From Hydrurus foetidus (taxonomy: Eukaryota), in the NCBI GenBank assembly GCA_900617105.1, contig UYFQ01000594.1, positions 1 through 64,000 of the forward strand: a stretch of DNA of 64,000 nucleotides, read 5' to 3'. Both the position numbers and the translations under genes were made by a program. Positions within the stretch are counted from its first letter, which is position 1; each line of letters begins with the position of its first letter. The notes beneath the pieces were generated by a model. That model was given only the letters and a program-made list of their open reading frames with translations. It did not search any database and had not been told where the DNA came from. Shown piece after piece: positions 48,991 to 60,459 of the stretch.

Positions 48991-50640
48991 TCACGCCTTT
49001 GCTCTCATTTTCTTCAGTGCCGCGTCCCGCAAGTTCTCAGGTAAACATTTGATAGCGACGGAAATATCCGCCTTGGCAAGGGCGGATACGTTGCAGTGCT
49101 CCTTGGGACAGGCCGCGCCTCGTGTGCACACCACTAACTTTCCATTCTCTTTCTTGGCTGCAAAGTGTGCCAGCACATCATAGGAGCAGATGACACTCGC
49201 ACTAGGGGCCGCGACCGCCTTCTTTGCTCCAGCAGCGCTAGGTGTAGCGGTGCCCTTGCGAGGTGTTAGTGCTAGGGCGGGCTTGATGTATGTCCTGAAG
49301 TGCAGGTCTTGTAGGAGCACTTTGTCTCCACACAGGCTTTGTACTGTCGCATCCATCATGGCTGACAGGAGGATCGCACAACCGGACGGTGTGTGCATCG
49401 TAAGCTCTGGAAAAGACCGTGACTGTCGCTCCGTCCGGACCGATGAGCCCCATCGCTCCAGGCAACTTTCCATCGCGTGTTGAAGCAGATCATCAGGTAC
49501 TAGCTTCAATGGATCAGCTGCTCCTATGAGTGCCACACGTGTTTGCTGGAAGCAGTCCAGGAAACTCCCCGAGTAGAACACTCTCATAGCCATCTCCAGG
49601 GTTGACAGGTCCTCTGCCACCTGGCGACGACCCTGCAGGGTAGGTTTGCTCTGTAGGGTGACCCCCGGTGATAGGCGGAAGTCACTCAGCACTATACTCC
49701 CACCACGTCCAAATTTGGCCTGGAGAAACGCTGTAAGGGTTGTGACTTCAGTCGCCACTTTCAGCGTTGCAATTTGGAAAATCAAAGGCGCCCCTGAGAA
49801 GGGTCCCATAGAATCCAAAAATGGATCAATAGCTGCTGCCCAGATGTATCTTAAGTACTCCTCCACCTGTAGAAGATTTCCTCTCCCAGCCACCTCAAGT
49901 TCTCTTCCTTTCGTCAGTCTCCAGACTGGTCCCAGTATAGCCTCTCTCTTCGAAGACTGTGTCATGTCGCGACACAGCCGACGGCCTCCATCTAAGTCAT
50001 CCAAATATCCCCTAGCTACCGTCTCACCTGTCTTCTTCAATGACGTTGTGCTGGCTCCCTCAGTCTGCTCCTCGACACTTACTGCACCCGACTCTGAAAT
50101 GTTGCCTAGATTGGCACTGTATTCTTCTGCGGACTCTTCGTTGATTCCCATAGGTACCACGAACCTCGATGGAGTGCTAAACTTAACGAAGGATCCTGCG
50201 AGAATAGTGAGGTCGGAGAAAATTGTACCCAGAATTCTTGTCGTTGTCGGCGTAATCGAGATGATTATCGCGAGCACCCAATTGAGATCAGCTACTGCGT
50301 CGCCGTTCAAAGTCTCCCCCTCATCGAGATCCTCTGCAGGCCACATGATAAACGTCGCTGCTGTTACATCGACTGCTCTTCTAATTGTAGACAGTTCTAC
50401 AGCGAAACGCTGCCCCTCTTCTGTTAGATTGTTTCCTGTCATTGCAGCTGCTGCCGCCAATCTTGCAGCAGTTGTGTCTGAAATGATATGGAAACGTGGT
50501 CCGATCACCGCATCGGTGTCTCTATTGTGCCTTTTCCTCGAGACTTTCGTCGACGAGTTACTCGAAACGTTCGTCGCACCCACGTCCTGATTGTAGATAT
50601 CTATCAGGATGTTTGCGATGACGTCTGTCGGTGCGCTCAT
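48991..50640 (-). CDS. gag-like ORF1 of the YR retrotransposon (~549 aa)
   Basis: Long open frame from MSAPTD, ending in a Cys/His finger (ICSY...CTRGAACPKEH), in the ORF1 position upstream of pol. Confidence 0.8.
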   Translation of the reverse strand: MSAPTDVIANILIDIYNQDVGATNVSSNSSTKVSRKRHNRDTDAVIGPRFHIISDTTAARLAAAAAMTGNNLTEEGQRFAVELSTIRRAVDVTAATFIMWPAEDLDEGETLNGDAVADLNWVLAIIISITPTTTRILGTIFSDLTILAGSFVKFSTPSRFVVPMGINEESAEEYSANLGNISESGAVSVEEQTEGASTTSLKKTGETVARGYLDDLDGGRRLCRDMTQSSKREAILGPVWRLTKGRELEVAGRGNLLQVEEYLRYIWAAAIDPFLDSMGPFSGAPLIFQIATLKVATEVTTLTAFLQAKFGRGGSIVLSDFRLSPGVTLQSKPTLQGRRQVAEDLSTLEMAMRVFYSGSFLDCFQQTRVALIGAADPLKLVPDDLLQHAMESCLERWGSSVRTERQSRSFPELTMHTPSGCAILLSAMMDATVQSLCGDKVLLQDLHFRTYIKPALALTPRKGTATPSAAGAKKAVAAPSASVICSYDVLAHFAAKKENGKLVVCTRGAACPKEHCNVSALAKADISVAIKCLPENLRDAALKKMRAKA

Positions 50641-50936
50641 GGTCCTTTTGCCGCTCAGATTTGCTAAAAGTAGGAAGAGTTTTGCAACTTTTTTGCAACC
50701 GTTGTCAGTACGACACTCCGGAAACTGAAAACTGAAAAAATCTCGGCACTCGGCGGCGCAGTATTTACGAAATATGCAAATTGGTATGCTGCACTCTACG
50801 CTACAGTATGGGCAGGCGTGCAAATCAGTACTGTACGCTTGTGCGAGGTTCAGGTTTGAAAAGGAAAATCACATCGAGGTCCAGGAATTCCACGAAGTGG
50901 AAATCTTCTCTACAGTCCAGAGAACCCATGTTGGAA

Positions 50937-53900
50937 TTGGCATTTCGCGATTCTACCACTTGTTTTTGAAATTCTGCTAGCAGAATTTATGTCTTTTTTG
51001 ACCCTTTTTTTGAGGAATTCTGCCACTTGTAAAAAGGAAGTTGCTGCTTAAGTTCGTATTGTGCCACTTTAAAAAACGGAATTTCCACTTTACATTTAAG
51101 TGATGCCATTTTAACGGTATCATTATGCTACTACGTACTTAAATTATGCTACTTAAAAAGTTGTTAGATCATTAATATTGCTTTCTAGATCGAAAATTCT
51201 CATTGTATCTGATCATTACCGAAGCTTCCTTATAATCATTCAGACATTGGTGCTGATGGTAATCAAAAAGGCAATTTAATAAAGAAAACACTCGCTCAAC
51301 TGATGCACTAGAGCACATCACTAATGCCACCTCAGCGGCCACCTTGTACCATAGGGGTAATGAAATATAATATCTTCTCCAAAATGCCCACCCGTCATCT
51401 TCTTCTCGGTCAAATCCGTCGACCAATTTCTTGTAAGTGTGTAGCTCTGCGTGCAGGCCATCAAATAGAGGCACCGCTACAGGCAAGTGCTGAATGAAAA
51501 CGATTTCTTCTTCGAGTGCCTCATATGTAGTATCTTTGACAAACTGGTAGCCAACAAGACGGCAACCTCTAAGTACTTGCAGGGTGTCCTTGAATCTTGT
51601 CAGCGAGTCTGACTCAATCTTCTCCAACACTACGACAGCTTTAGCAACAGTCTGCTGTATGAGTTCTTGTTGTCGAGGTAAGTTGTTTGGAGCTATTTGT
51701 GCAGCTACAGCAGTGCATGCTGAAACACAGTCGACCTCCATATATCTGTGGACGACATTCCTCATGTGATGATTGAGATTGTTCCATGAATCGAAAGCGT
51801 AGGGTGCTAGAAAACCATCTCCTTCAAAGTGGTTGCAAAAGTGTGCTATCGGTTCTCCTGCATCTTTGATGAGGGCCAACTCCAAGCGGAGTGCATCCTC
51901 ACCTGATGGAAGGTGATTACCAGCAGGGTTGTGGAGGATTCCTCGCAGCGTTTCCATCAGATTATCGCACCCAACATCTTGATTTTCTATTATGTCTCTG
52001 ATAAGGTCGAATCTGTCGTTTACTTGGACAGCAGTGCGAAACTCAGCCATCCAGCGAATGGCATGATTTTTCATGCCACCTTCACCGAGTGCTCTCCGTG
52101 TAGCGGCCCGAACCTTCGAACCTTGGGTCAGACATTGGCTCCATGCCTGAAGAAAGTTGTGCGCGGTCGGTGTCGCCTTCTCAAACAACTTCATGGGAAG
52201 GTTTGATGTATGCGAGACACATACGAGATCACTGCACTCTGCAAATATGGCCTTAATGACTTCATTGGCAACTCCATTAGTCGCACAGCCATCGACAGTG
52301 TTGAATCTCAGTTTCAGGGGATTCTGTTGTGCCAATGTCATTACTTGCTTGATGACTTGCGCTGCCAGAGAGTTGCCGTACAATGGACTCTCTAGGAAGC
52401 TGAGAGACAGGAGCCGCTGCTGAATAGCTTTTTTCGGGCAGACGAAGCGGACTACCTAAATTCAATCATTCAGTATTGGTCAGTAATGTTGATCACATTT
52501 TTTAAGGGAATTTGAATCGTAGGGAACTTACCACAGCCAGTGACTCAGCTACATTGATCGTTCCATCGGAGCTGATTGAGAAAGCTGCTGCTTCGTTGAG
52601 CTCACTGATTGTTTCTACATGCTCTTTTTTCCTTAACAGAGGGATCATGTCGCTGCATGCTTGCTTCGGGCAGATGGCATGGTAGTCTTCGAGTAGTAGA
52701 CGGATTTCACAACCGCTATCAAGCATCGTAAACGGCATTCCAGTTTTCAAGAGGGCGTGAGCTACTGACATACGATATGCGTTGACATTCAGAGGTAACG
52801 TTGCTCCTGCTGCTTTCTCTTCCGTTTCGTTCTCGGCTACCAGGCCTTTATAACTCAGCATTGTCAACTGACTCTTGTCTCTCCTCTTCATGTTATTTTC
52901 ATGCGTTTCGCCAGTGATATGACTCTTGATGCTGGAGGACTTCAGCGCTATTTCTTGCATTCCACAGGCTCGGCAGCACAATTTTCCTGCTACGACAGTG
53001 AGGCCACTTTCTGAGAACTCTTTGGCGCGATCGTAGACAGACTTCGCATTTTTTCTTGTTGTCGATCTTGCCTTTAATATCGACCTTTTGTATACACCCT
53101 TGCTTGTTCTTGTTTTTCTTTTTCTGTCAAGTTTACTTTTCTCAGGAAGGTCTTCATTTATCCTTTCTAATTTATTTTCGTTATCCGATCCACTATCTTG
53201 ATCCGATGGTTCTGGTGAACTAACATCATCACTGTCGACATTGTAATTTTTCTTGGGGACATAATCTTCCTCGTCATCCGAATCCGCGTCATCTGACGCA
53301 CAAATTTCTATTTGCTTAAAAACTCTCTTAGTCCCCTTTCTGGTAATAGCTTTGGGCTTTAGGGCAACTCTTTCAGAGGAGGTACTAGATCTGACGTCGC
53401 CTGCAGACCCGGCACCAGGCTTAAAGTAGGAATATACCGCCGTGGCTGTGGGCGTTGATGTATAATTGGAAGATGGCTGAGAAGCCGACGACGACGATGA
53501 CGAGCTGCATGGCAAATTTCGCCTCTTCATCTCACTGGCCTTGCTTTCATCATCATCCTCATCGGTATCGTAATCAGCAGTAATCTCTTGCATTCCGGTG
53601 ATATTTTGGCCGATAATTAAAAGTGGAGGATGCTCGAAATCAAGGTCAGAGAAGAGTGAAGCGATAGGCGGGAGCGGGAATGTAGTAAAATAAACCATCA
53701 TATCACAGCAGCCATCCAATCTTGCGGCTAAAAAAGAAATTTGGCTACTTTAAAATTGGAGAATGCTACTATTATGTTTTGATTTCTACTTAATTATAAA
53801 ATTATGCCACTACTATTTCCATTATGCCACTTATAATTTTGTCTTGCCACTTAGCATAAATAAGTGTGAATTTATGCCACTTGTTCTGCTAGCAGAATCC

Positions 53901-53959
53901 AAAATCCCTATAGGGTCAAATTCTGCTGAGCAACTGCTAGCAGAATCGCGAAATGCCAA
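50937..53959 (-). mobile_element. Apparently autonomous hAT transposon (3023 bp)
   Basis: 18-bp TIRs TTGGCATTTCGCGATTCT / AGAATCGCGAAATGCCAA; perfect 8-bp TSD TGTTGGAA (50929-36 / 53960-67); subterminal TGCCACT repeats. Confidence 0.95.
51172..53593 (-). CDS. hAT transposase, two exons (intron 52531-52456)
   Basis: Zn finger CCRACG..SHITGETH; SSDGT; GTAAG..TTTAG intron joins ESLAV|VVRFV in frame; TVDGCATN; CVSH; IRW; SSASVERVFS. The start could be up to ~110 nt further upstream. Confidence 0.92.
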
Positions 53960-55643
53960 TGTTGGAACCCGCTCACTACTCCCACCTTCAGAAAAAGGAA
54001 AGTTCACTTTTCCGTCGAAAGTTCACTTTTCCGTCATGTCGACATTTTCCGTATATCCTCAATGTAAGTAATTTTGAAGACGAATCTTCTCACAACCTGT
54101 TTAATTTGATCTGTTATTGCAGAAACCCTCTTGTTTGTTCACAGCAATGGTGAATATTTTTAGAGTGATCATGATCATTTTTAGCAGATACAAATTCGCC
54201 GCAACTGAACCCCCAGAATACTCCTTACAGAGTGTATTTTGTGAAAGTTTAATTACCTCGGCTATTAGAATGTAACTGATTCTTTTTGTCTTTAAAAAGA
54301 AAACAAGTAAAAAGTTTAATATGTGAAATTAGTTACAACATTTTGAATGCCACTGAAATTTACAAAATGCAAGCGTATTTACGTGTCATATCTATTATCT
54401 AACTCTGGTCTCCAAGCCTGAGTCTTGAGATGCGGCTCCGACTGTTCCACGATTTTGATCCTGGATTGTCAGGCACATTGGAAGATGAGATCAATTTTCA
54501 GAAGTGAAATATGAGCTGAAATGACCTCAACATCAGATTTGTCGAGGATTTCATCACCTGATGCGCTCGAAGACCTATGCTCTTCGAAGCTGGAGAAAGA
54601 ATCACAGCTCGGCTAGCATCGACATTTGGAGCCTACAAAAGCAAATACATTTTAAAATGGTGAGAGAGGTCAAATTTGATGTTGAGGAACGCTATCATCT
54701 ATTTTAGAGTATTTGCAGGGTGATTTTTGAGTGGATACATCAGAAAATGATCATTTTTCGACCACAGAATAAAGAGTTAAAGAGGTTGGTGGAGCAAAAA
54801 CTTTGCATTTACATCGAGTGAGCAACCATTCAATAATTTCTGCTCGTTTTGGGCTCCACCATGTCATATTGACGCCGCCTCCTGGGCAGCATTCTGCGTG
54901 AAAGTGTAATTTCTTGGTCCATAACACCTTTTCAGTCTTTCACCCACAACTATTTTCAATGATCGAATTATTGACTTCTGAATAGCGCATGTTGTAGACC
55001 ATGTAAAGATTAGTGATTTGGCCGAAGGGAATTGAATATAAAAATTTATTGATGATGATAGGGCACTAAACGTCAGTATTTTAAATTCTTCCTGTTACGG
55101 ATTTGAGAATCGTGAAAAAGTACCCAAAGTTTGGAAGTGTACCCAACTGTCATCCAGTATATTCGTCTCTGCGCACAATTCTAGCTGATACCAGAGCTCC
55201 ACCATTTCTCTAGCGGTGGAGCTTCTGAGTAGCTTGGGCTTCTCAAGAAGGCCAACTTTACCAGGTTCGATACTCAAATGTTGCTCTGGACTACAACTGA
55301 ATTTTGTTTTTGCAGCAACTTATGTTGATGATTTTCAAAACCTTGCTGACCCTCTTGCCACTCGTTTTGTTGCCCGAGAATCAGGAAAAAGTGCGAGCAC
55401 ATCGTAGGTCATCTGGATCCGCCGGTAATTTTCCAATTGATGGTGAGCTCATCTTTCTGTGAACATCCAAGTGCCATATTTTTTCCCTAAGAATTGGGTG
55501 ACTTTTTCTGATGCTGGAGTCTGGGAAATGTGTTTGATTCCCTGTAGTTTTGATTTTCATGTTGCATGATGACTTCTCCTCAATGGCTTTCAATCAGATT
55601 AGCTCATATATGTTCCTAACTCGAATTATCATCAGGAATTTCG

Positions 55644-55950
55644 CTGCCGTCCCCAGCGATCTGTGTTAAACGCAAGCACCACAGATCGCTGGGGACACCA
55701 ATAATGAAATTAAAGCAGCCATGGATTGTCTGTTTGTCAGTGAAACAGCCAAGGATTGCTGTATGTCAGTGAAACAGCCAAGGATCGCTGTTTGTCAGTG
55801 AAACAGCCGAGGATTTCGTAGAGGAGCCATTTATCATCTTAAGATAAATGGCTCCTCTGCCGTCCTCAGCAATCCGTGTTAAACACAAGAACCATATATT
55901 GCTGGGGACGTTAAGCACAGAGAAACAGCCATGGATGTACAATCAGTGAA
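55644..55950. repeat. Cluster of hairpins and 30-bp tandem repeats
   Basis: 17-bp stem 55649-55696; 16-bp stem 55820-55858; diverged copy of the first hairpin 55862-55909; GTCAGTGAAACAGCC(A/G)AGGAT three times at a 30-bp period. Confidence 0.85.
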
Positions 55951-56165
55951 AAAGCTTGGAATTTTGTTGAGTGCCTGTTTTGACTATCTCTATTCCATCT
56001 TCTCTCTCTCTCGCTCGCTCGCTCGCTCACACACAATCTCTCTCTCTCTCTCTCTCTTTCTCCTCTCACATAGGTAGATCTCTACTGCACACTCTGTCGT
56101 CTTCTATTCTCATGGTAAGGAAGAAAATTAGGTTTAAATGCACTCATGCACTCCCTCACTAATAC

Positions 56166-56292
56166 ACTCACTCACTCACTCACTCACTCACTCACTCGCT
56201 CACTCATTCATACACTCACTCACTCACTGATGCACTCACTCAATCAATCACTCACTCACTCACTCACTCACTCGCTCACTCACACACTCACT
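56166..56292. repeat. (CACT)n microsatellite
   Basis: Visible directly. Confidence 0.9.
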
Positions 56293-56394
56293 GAAGTGTG
56301 TGAGTGATTCTTTTCTTCACCAATTTCTTTTTTACTAAAGTAAGAAGTACTGAAGTATCATCTGGATCAGTGAGAAGAGTAGCATCAAGTACAC

Positions 56395-56928
56395 CTACTG
56401 TAGCAGGTACTGAGATATCCAGCTGTTGAAGGGGTACAGTGGTAGTTGTTTCACTAACATTACTGCCATTTTTTGTAATGCTATGATCTCTCTTTCTTCA
56501 GCTAAGAAATTTCGAATGTTATTTCTAATTGGTTCTATTAATTCGTTACCTACAGTGGTATCATCACCCAAAATTTTCATTTTGTAAGCATTATATTGCC
56601 TATGTAAATAATGGAAGAAGTCGCTTTTCTTTCTGGACTGAAGAAAGAGAACAGAATAAGTTCTTGAGACGTATACTCGTAGGCAATGCAGCGAAAGTCC
56701 GAGCTGTATATGTACTAAATTTGGGATTGCGAAGGCCTGTTTTAAACGATTACTTTTGCCATCGCGACGAACAGAGCCATACACTACACTCCTCAAATCA
56801 TGCATTATTGTCTCTGCATCGCGAAAGTCGCAGTAAGTGATGGGACTACTCATCGCAATGGCGATGGCCATCGCATTTGCTATCTCCTCGTCCAATTTTG
56901 GTGGAATAAACTGTAATTCGTTAACCAT
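56395..56928 (-). CDS. Hypothetical 177-aa intronless protein
   Basis: ATG-to-stop ORF with normal complexity and no recognisable motif; possibly transposon-derived. Confidence 0.35.
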   Translation of the reverse strand: MVNELQFIPPKLDEEIANAMAIAIAMSSPITYCDFRDAETIMHDLRSVVYGSVRRDGKSNRLKQAFAIPNLVHIQLGLSLHCLRVYVSRTYSVLFLQSRKKSDFFHYLHRQYNAYKMKILGDDTTVGNELIEPIRNNIRNFLAEEREIIALQKMAVMLVKQLPLYPFNSWISQYLLQ

Positions 56929-58584
56929 TGTTGGTACAAAGAATGCCAGCTAGCGGAGCGAAGAAAATAAGCTTTTATTATAGTTTAAGAAAAGATTCGA
57001 CTAGTCTCCGCTAGCTGAGATTACTTCTGTATGTCATGGCTTGCAATAAACATGATTTCGAGGACGTTGAGAAAGAAATCCGTTATGATTTCTGAAGGAA
57101 TCAGATGACTTGTAGACAAAACAGCTCTACTAAAACTAACCAGCTCGACAAGAAGTTGGCTTGATGTACAGCTCAAAAGAGAGCGTGCGATGATATCTCG
57201 ATGTATCTAGCGAACTGCGATAGCATTGGATTGAAGAATACTGGAAGACTTCAGTGGGAAATGTGAAGTGACCGTTTCCGTATTTTGTGATAGGCAGAAA
57301 TTTATCGAGGTGTTATGGACCAAGAATTTCGGCAAGACAAAAAAAATAAAAATGGCAGCTTCGATTTTTTTTCTTTCAGAGATGCACAAGGACCAGAGTG
57401 TAAAGTAGTTGCCACACTTACCTAGAATATCCAACAACGTCGAAATCCAGAGATAAGTGGTTGTGAAAAAGGGCAATTTTGAGTGTAGATTCTCCTCGTT
57501 TCTGGGTCTGACGCGCGAGGTTTCTGGGTCTGTCTGACCTCCCTTATTTGGTGCCCCCCGCCTGTGAAACATACATCAAAATATTTGTACGTACATGTAC
57601 GGTCTAAATATACCTACCTTGGGTCGGTTAAAAAACATTCACTTCGAGTGGGGAAAGTGCGGTAGAAAACATTCCGCGCGCAGAGAAACAGTGGATAGCT
57701 TTCGCACGCCATATTTACGGTTTGACGAGAAGTTTGGTTCACAATTCTTTCGAGATGGAAAACTGCAAATCAAGAGTTCTAGATTTTAGGACTTGAAGTG
57801 ATTTTGGCCTCAATAGCAGAGGCAGATTCAGAGACAAAATAAATAATGGAGCTAAAGCATATTTCATCGAATATTGTGATAGCTGTAGTTTAATACTTGA
57901 ACAATTCCCAATCTAATACGGGCCGGAGGTCAAAGGCCCCAAGGAATTCTATGAAGGCATCGAAATCTATCGAGTGCAGAATTTGCAGACGGGGAGCGGA
58001 AATAGAAGTTCTTGGCGGTTAAACGCTAATGTGTGGGGACATTCAGAAGTGATTTGATTTTACAGGCATAGAATCGAAAAACAGGGGAGTAAGCGAGAAA
58101 GTTCTCGAATTATTTGGCCTTCACGGTTCAGTTCGGCTTGGTGACGAAGTCCCTTACCCTATTGGTTATCCGGAGATATAGCAGCCACTATGTTATAATG
58201 TGTAAAATCATCGAGATTAAATAAAGAAGAGACTAAATGAAATGGGGGAAGTAAAATGGGACACCAACTTCAGATTGAGAATTGGCAAATATATTGATCA
58301 CGCAGAGGAAATTAAAAAATTGGCGAGGATAATCACAACCGGTAGAAAGTCGGAAATATTTGGAGGACATAAGTGTTGCTGTTGCGTAGAAAAGAAATTT
58401 ATGTTTTTCCCTCCATCCAGTCATAAATTTCAGGATGATGATATAATATGTTATATCTAATAACATTATGATGTAATGTAGAGGTACAGCGGGAGCTAGG
58501 GGTGTAGAGTAGCCGCTCTAAAGCGTATGTGTAGTGTACGTGTTGTATATGGTATTATTGATATTAGAGCTTCCTAAGTAATGG

Positions 58585-60459
58585 TCAATGGGAGTATTGA
58601 CCCTGAAGTAGGTGAGCTGGTGAGAGGTTATTATTCGAGTACTCCGTCTTGACATGATCCAACTCTACATTCGTTGCGTACACAGGCTGAGGCTGGCAAA
58701 TTGACATCTGTTGATGGCCCGATTCGAAACTCGGATCCATTTTCTGTGACCCACAAATTCTTCCTCCGAGCGAGGAGAAGAACCCTGAGCTGGGCGCGGC
58801 TGAGGGTTGATACGACAGCCTTTGGAAGCCGCAGAACACGTCGTTGATTTCGGGTTGTTCCATGGCGTTGCTTTGGCCGGTCGAGAAGCAACCGGATGCT
58901 GCGTTGGTCGCTGCAATCGAACAGCAGCCTGTGACACCCCAGTCGAACGAGGATCTGTAGAATGGTACGTCAATATCGTTGGAGCGACCGACCTGGGTCT
59001 CGATAACGATACCGTCGTCCATCCAGTCGTCGAAAATGTTCTCATCGAGGTCGATGCTTGATGCTGACGGGATGTTCATTCTGAAGTCTTCGCTGAAGGT
59101 TGGGGACAGGGGCATTGTGGACACGGGCGCGAGTCTGTCCTTCACGGACAGTCCATTGAAAGGCGTTCTGTTGTACGTTTGTGAGACGTATGACAGATCC
59201 GTGCTGCCGGAAAGTCGTAAGAGCGCTTTTCCTATGGAGCTGGAGAGCGGCAGTGGCATGGCGAAAGTGGGGGAAGGACACGTTGACACTCTGGAGGACG
59301 ACGGCGAAATGACAGTGGCTGTGGGCTGCTGGGCAGCATGGTGATTTCGCTGCTGGCTCTGCATAGATATAAGGTTGCTATGCGTGAGGTCGGAGAGGAG
59401 GTCTTGCGTGCTGTTGATCGGTTGAGCCCAGCCGGCGCTCATGACTGTTGTCTCTGGAGAGAAATGATGCGTCCTGATCTGACTATTGCTATTCATCTTT
59501 TTGCTTTTCTTTGCGCACTTGTGTGTCTTGGAAGATTTCATCGTCGAACCACTTTGGGCCGGCATTATGTTCCGTATCAGGTCGGCGGAAGATATTGAGC
59601 TGTCGAACATATAAGGTACTACTGAGTTGGAGAAGACGAAGAGCGATCCGTTTTGGAAGCAGTCTGGGGACGGATATGCCAGGATAGGGCAGTGGGCCTG
59701 CATCATGGCTATGGAAGAGCCGCCTGAGGCGATGTCCGTGCGCATCCGACCGCTCGTCTCGGATCCATTTGCGGAGTTCGAGTCGCTGTCGGTGTTCCCG
59801 TCGTTATAGTGGTATGATGATTTCTCGTAATCCCCTGGTTCCTTACGGGATTGGGCGCGGCACGTGGCATGAAATCTGTTTTTGATAGCATTGTCGGTGC
59901 GCCCTGGCAGAGCTTTTGTTATCTGAAAAGGAGTGAGGTGTGACATTAGTCTCGACTGTGCGGTTTGTTCATTTAAGTAGAATTGGGAAGTAAATTGCTC
60001 TCACCTTCGCCCATTGGTTACCGATGGTTTTTTGCATCGTAGATAGTATCAAGTCCTCCTGATAGTATCGGATGGAATGGTGGTTCGTTAGGGATCCGTG
60101 CTTCCGTTCTCGCAGATAAATTTTAAAAAGGCAGAAGAATTTTACCTCTGCTGTCCACTCTCCTTTCTTTACAGAGGGATCAAGGTGATTGTACCACCTT
60201 TCTCTGCACTGCTTCCCCGTTCTCTCGGTAAAACTTTCTCCAACTTTGGTCCACGAACAGGTGCCGTGTTCTTCGATGAGGCTCTTTAATTTCAAGTCCT
60301 CCTCGCCAGTCCATATTTCTAATTGCGGAAGATGTTTAGGTTTATCGTTACAGGGGTGGCCAGTTGATTCGTTCAGCTGCAGGTGGAGTGTTGCTCACTT
60401 TTGCTGCATGTGAGCAGGGTGTGTGAGTTGGGGTCTCGCGTGAGTTCCTTGGACATCAT
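58585..60459 (-). CDS. R2R3-Myb transcription factor, about 4 exons
   Basis: WTGEEDLKL..SWTKV..RTGKQCRERWYNHLDPSVKKGEWTAE | EDLIL..GNQWAK | ITKALPGRTDNAIKNRF, then a long Ser-rich tail. First exon is tentative. Confidence 0.93.

Larger units (their letters stand above)
41855..53992 (-). mobile_element. Tyrosine-recombinase retrotransposon (DIRS order, Ngaro-like split-direct-repeat type)
   Basis: gag, RT, RNase H and YR lie on the minus strand. The 5' repeat (50733-50936 + 53968-53992) recurs in the 3' array in A1-ORFs-B1-A2-B2 order. No integrase, protease or methyltransferase seen. Confidence 0.92.
41518..54053. mobile_element. Small TA-TSD TIR element inserted into the right TIR of the CACTG element; host of further insertions
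   Basis: 17-bp TIRs TACGGAAAATGTCGACA / TGTCGACATTTTCCGTA. TA is duplicated (41516-17, 54054-55). The empty site is reconstructable from the left CACTG TIR. Confidence 0.85.
39023..54064 (+). mobile_element. CACTG-terminated TIR element (CACTA/EnSpm-like, non-autonomous, ~2.5 kb without inserts)
   Basis: Left TIR CACTGAGGATATGAAGACGTCTCGCTGGGCCCGGGCCC (39023-39060). Right TIR is split into 41489-41517 and 54054-54064 (..TATCCTCAATG, 1 mismatch). TAA lies on both flanks. TAA TSDs also fit PIF/Harbinger. Confidence 0.8.

Noticed and set aside
49646..50590. 314-aa plus-strand ORF (and 48375-49052)
   Set aside because: Antisense shadows of the GC-balanced gag/pol, with no motifs.
55216..55407. 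YVDD in a 63-aa ORF as a reverse transcriptase remnant
   Set aside because: No other RT motifs nearby in any frame I could read; likely chance.
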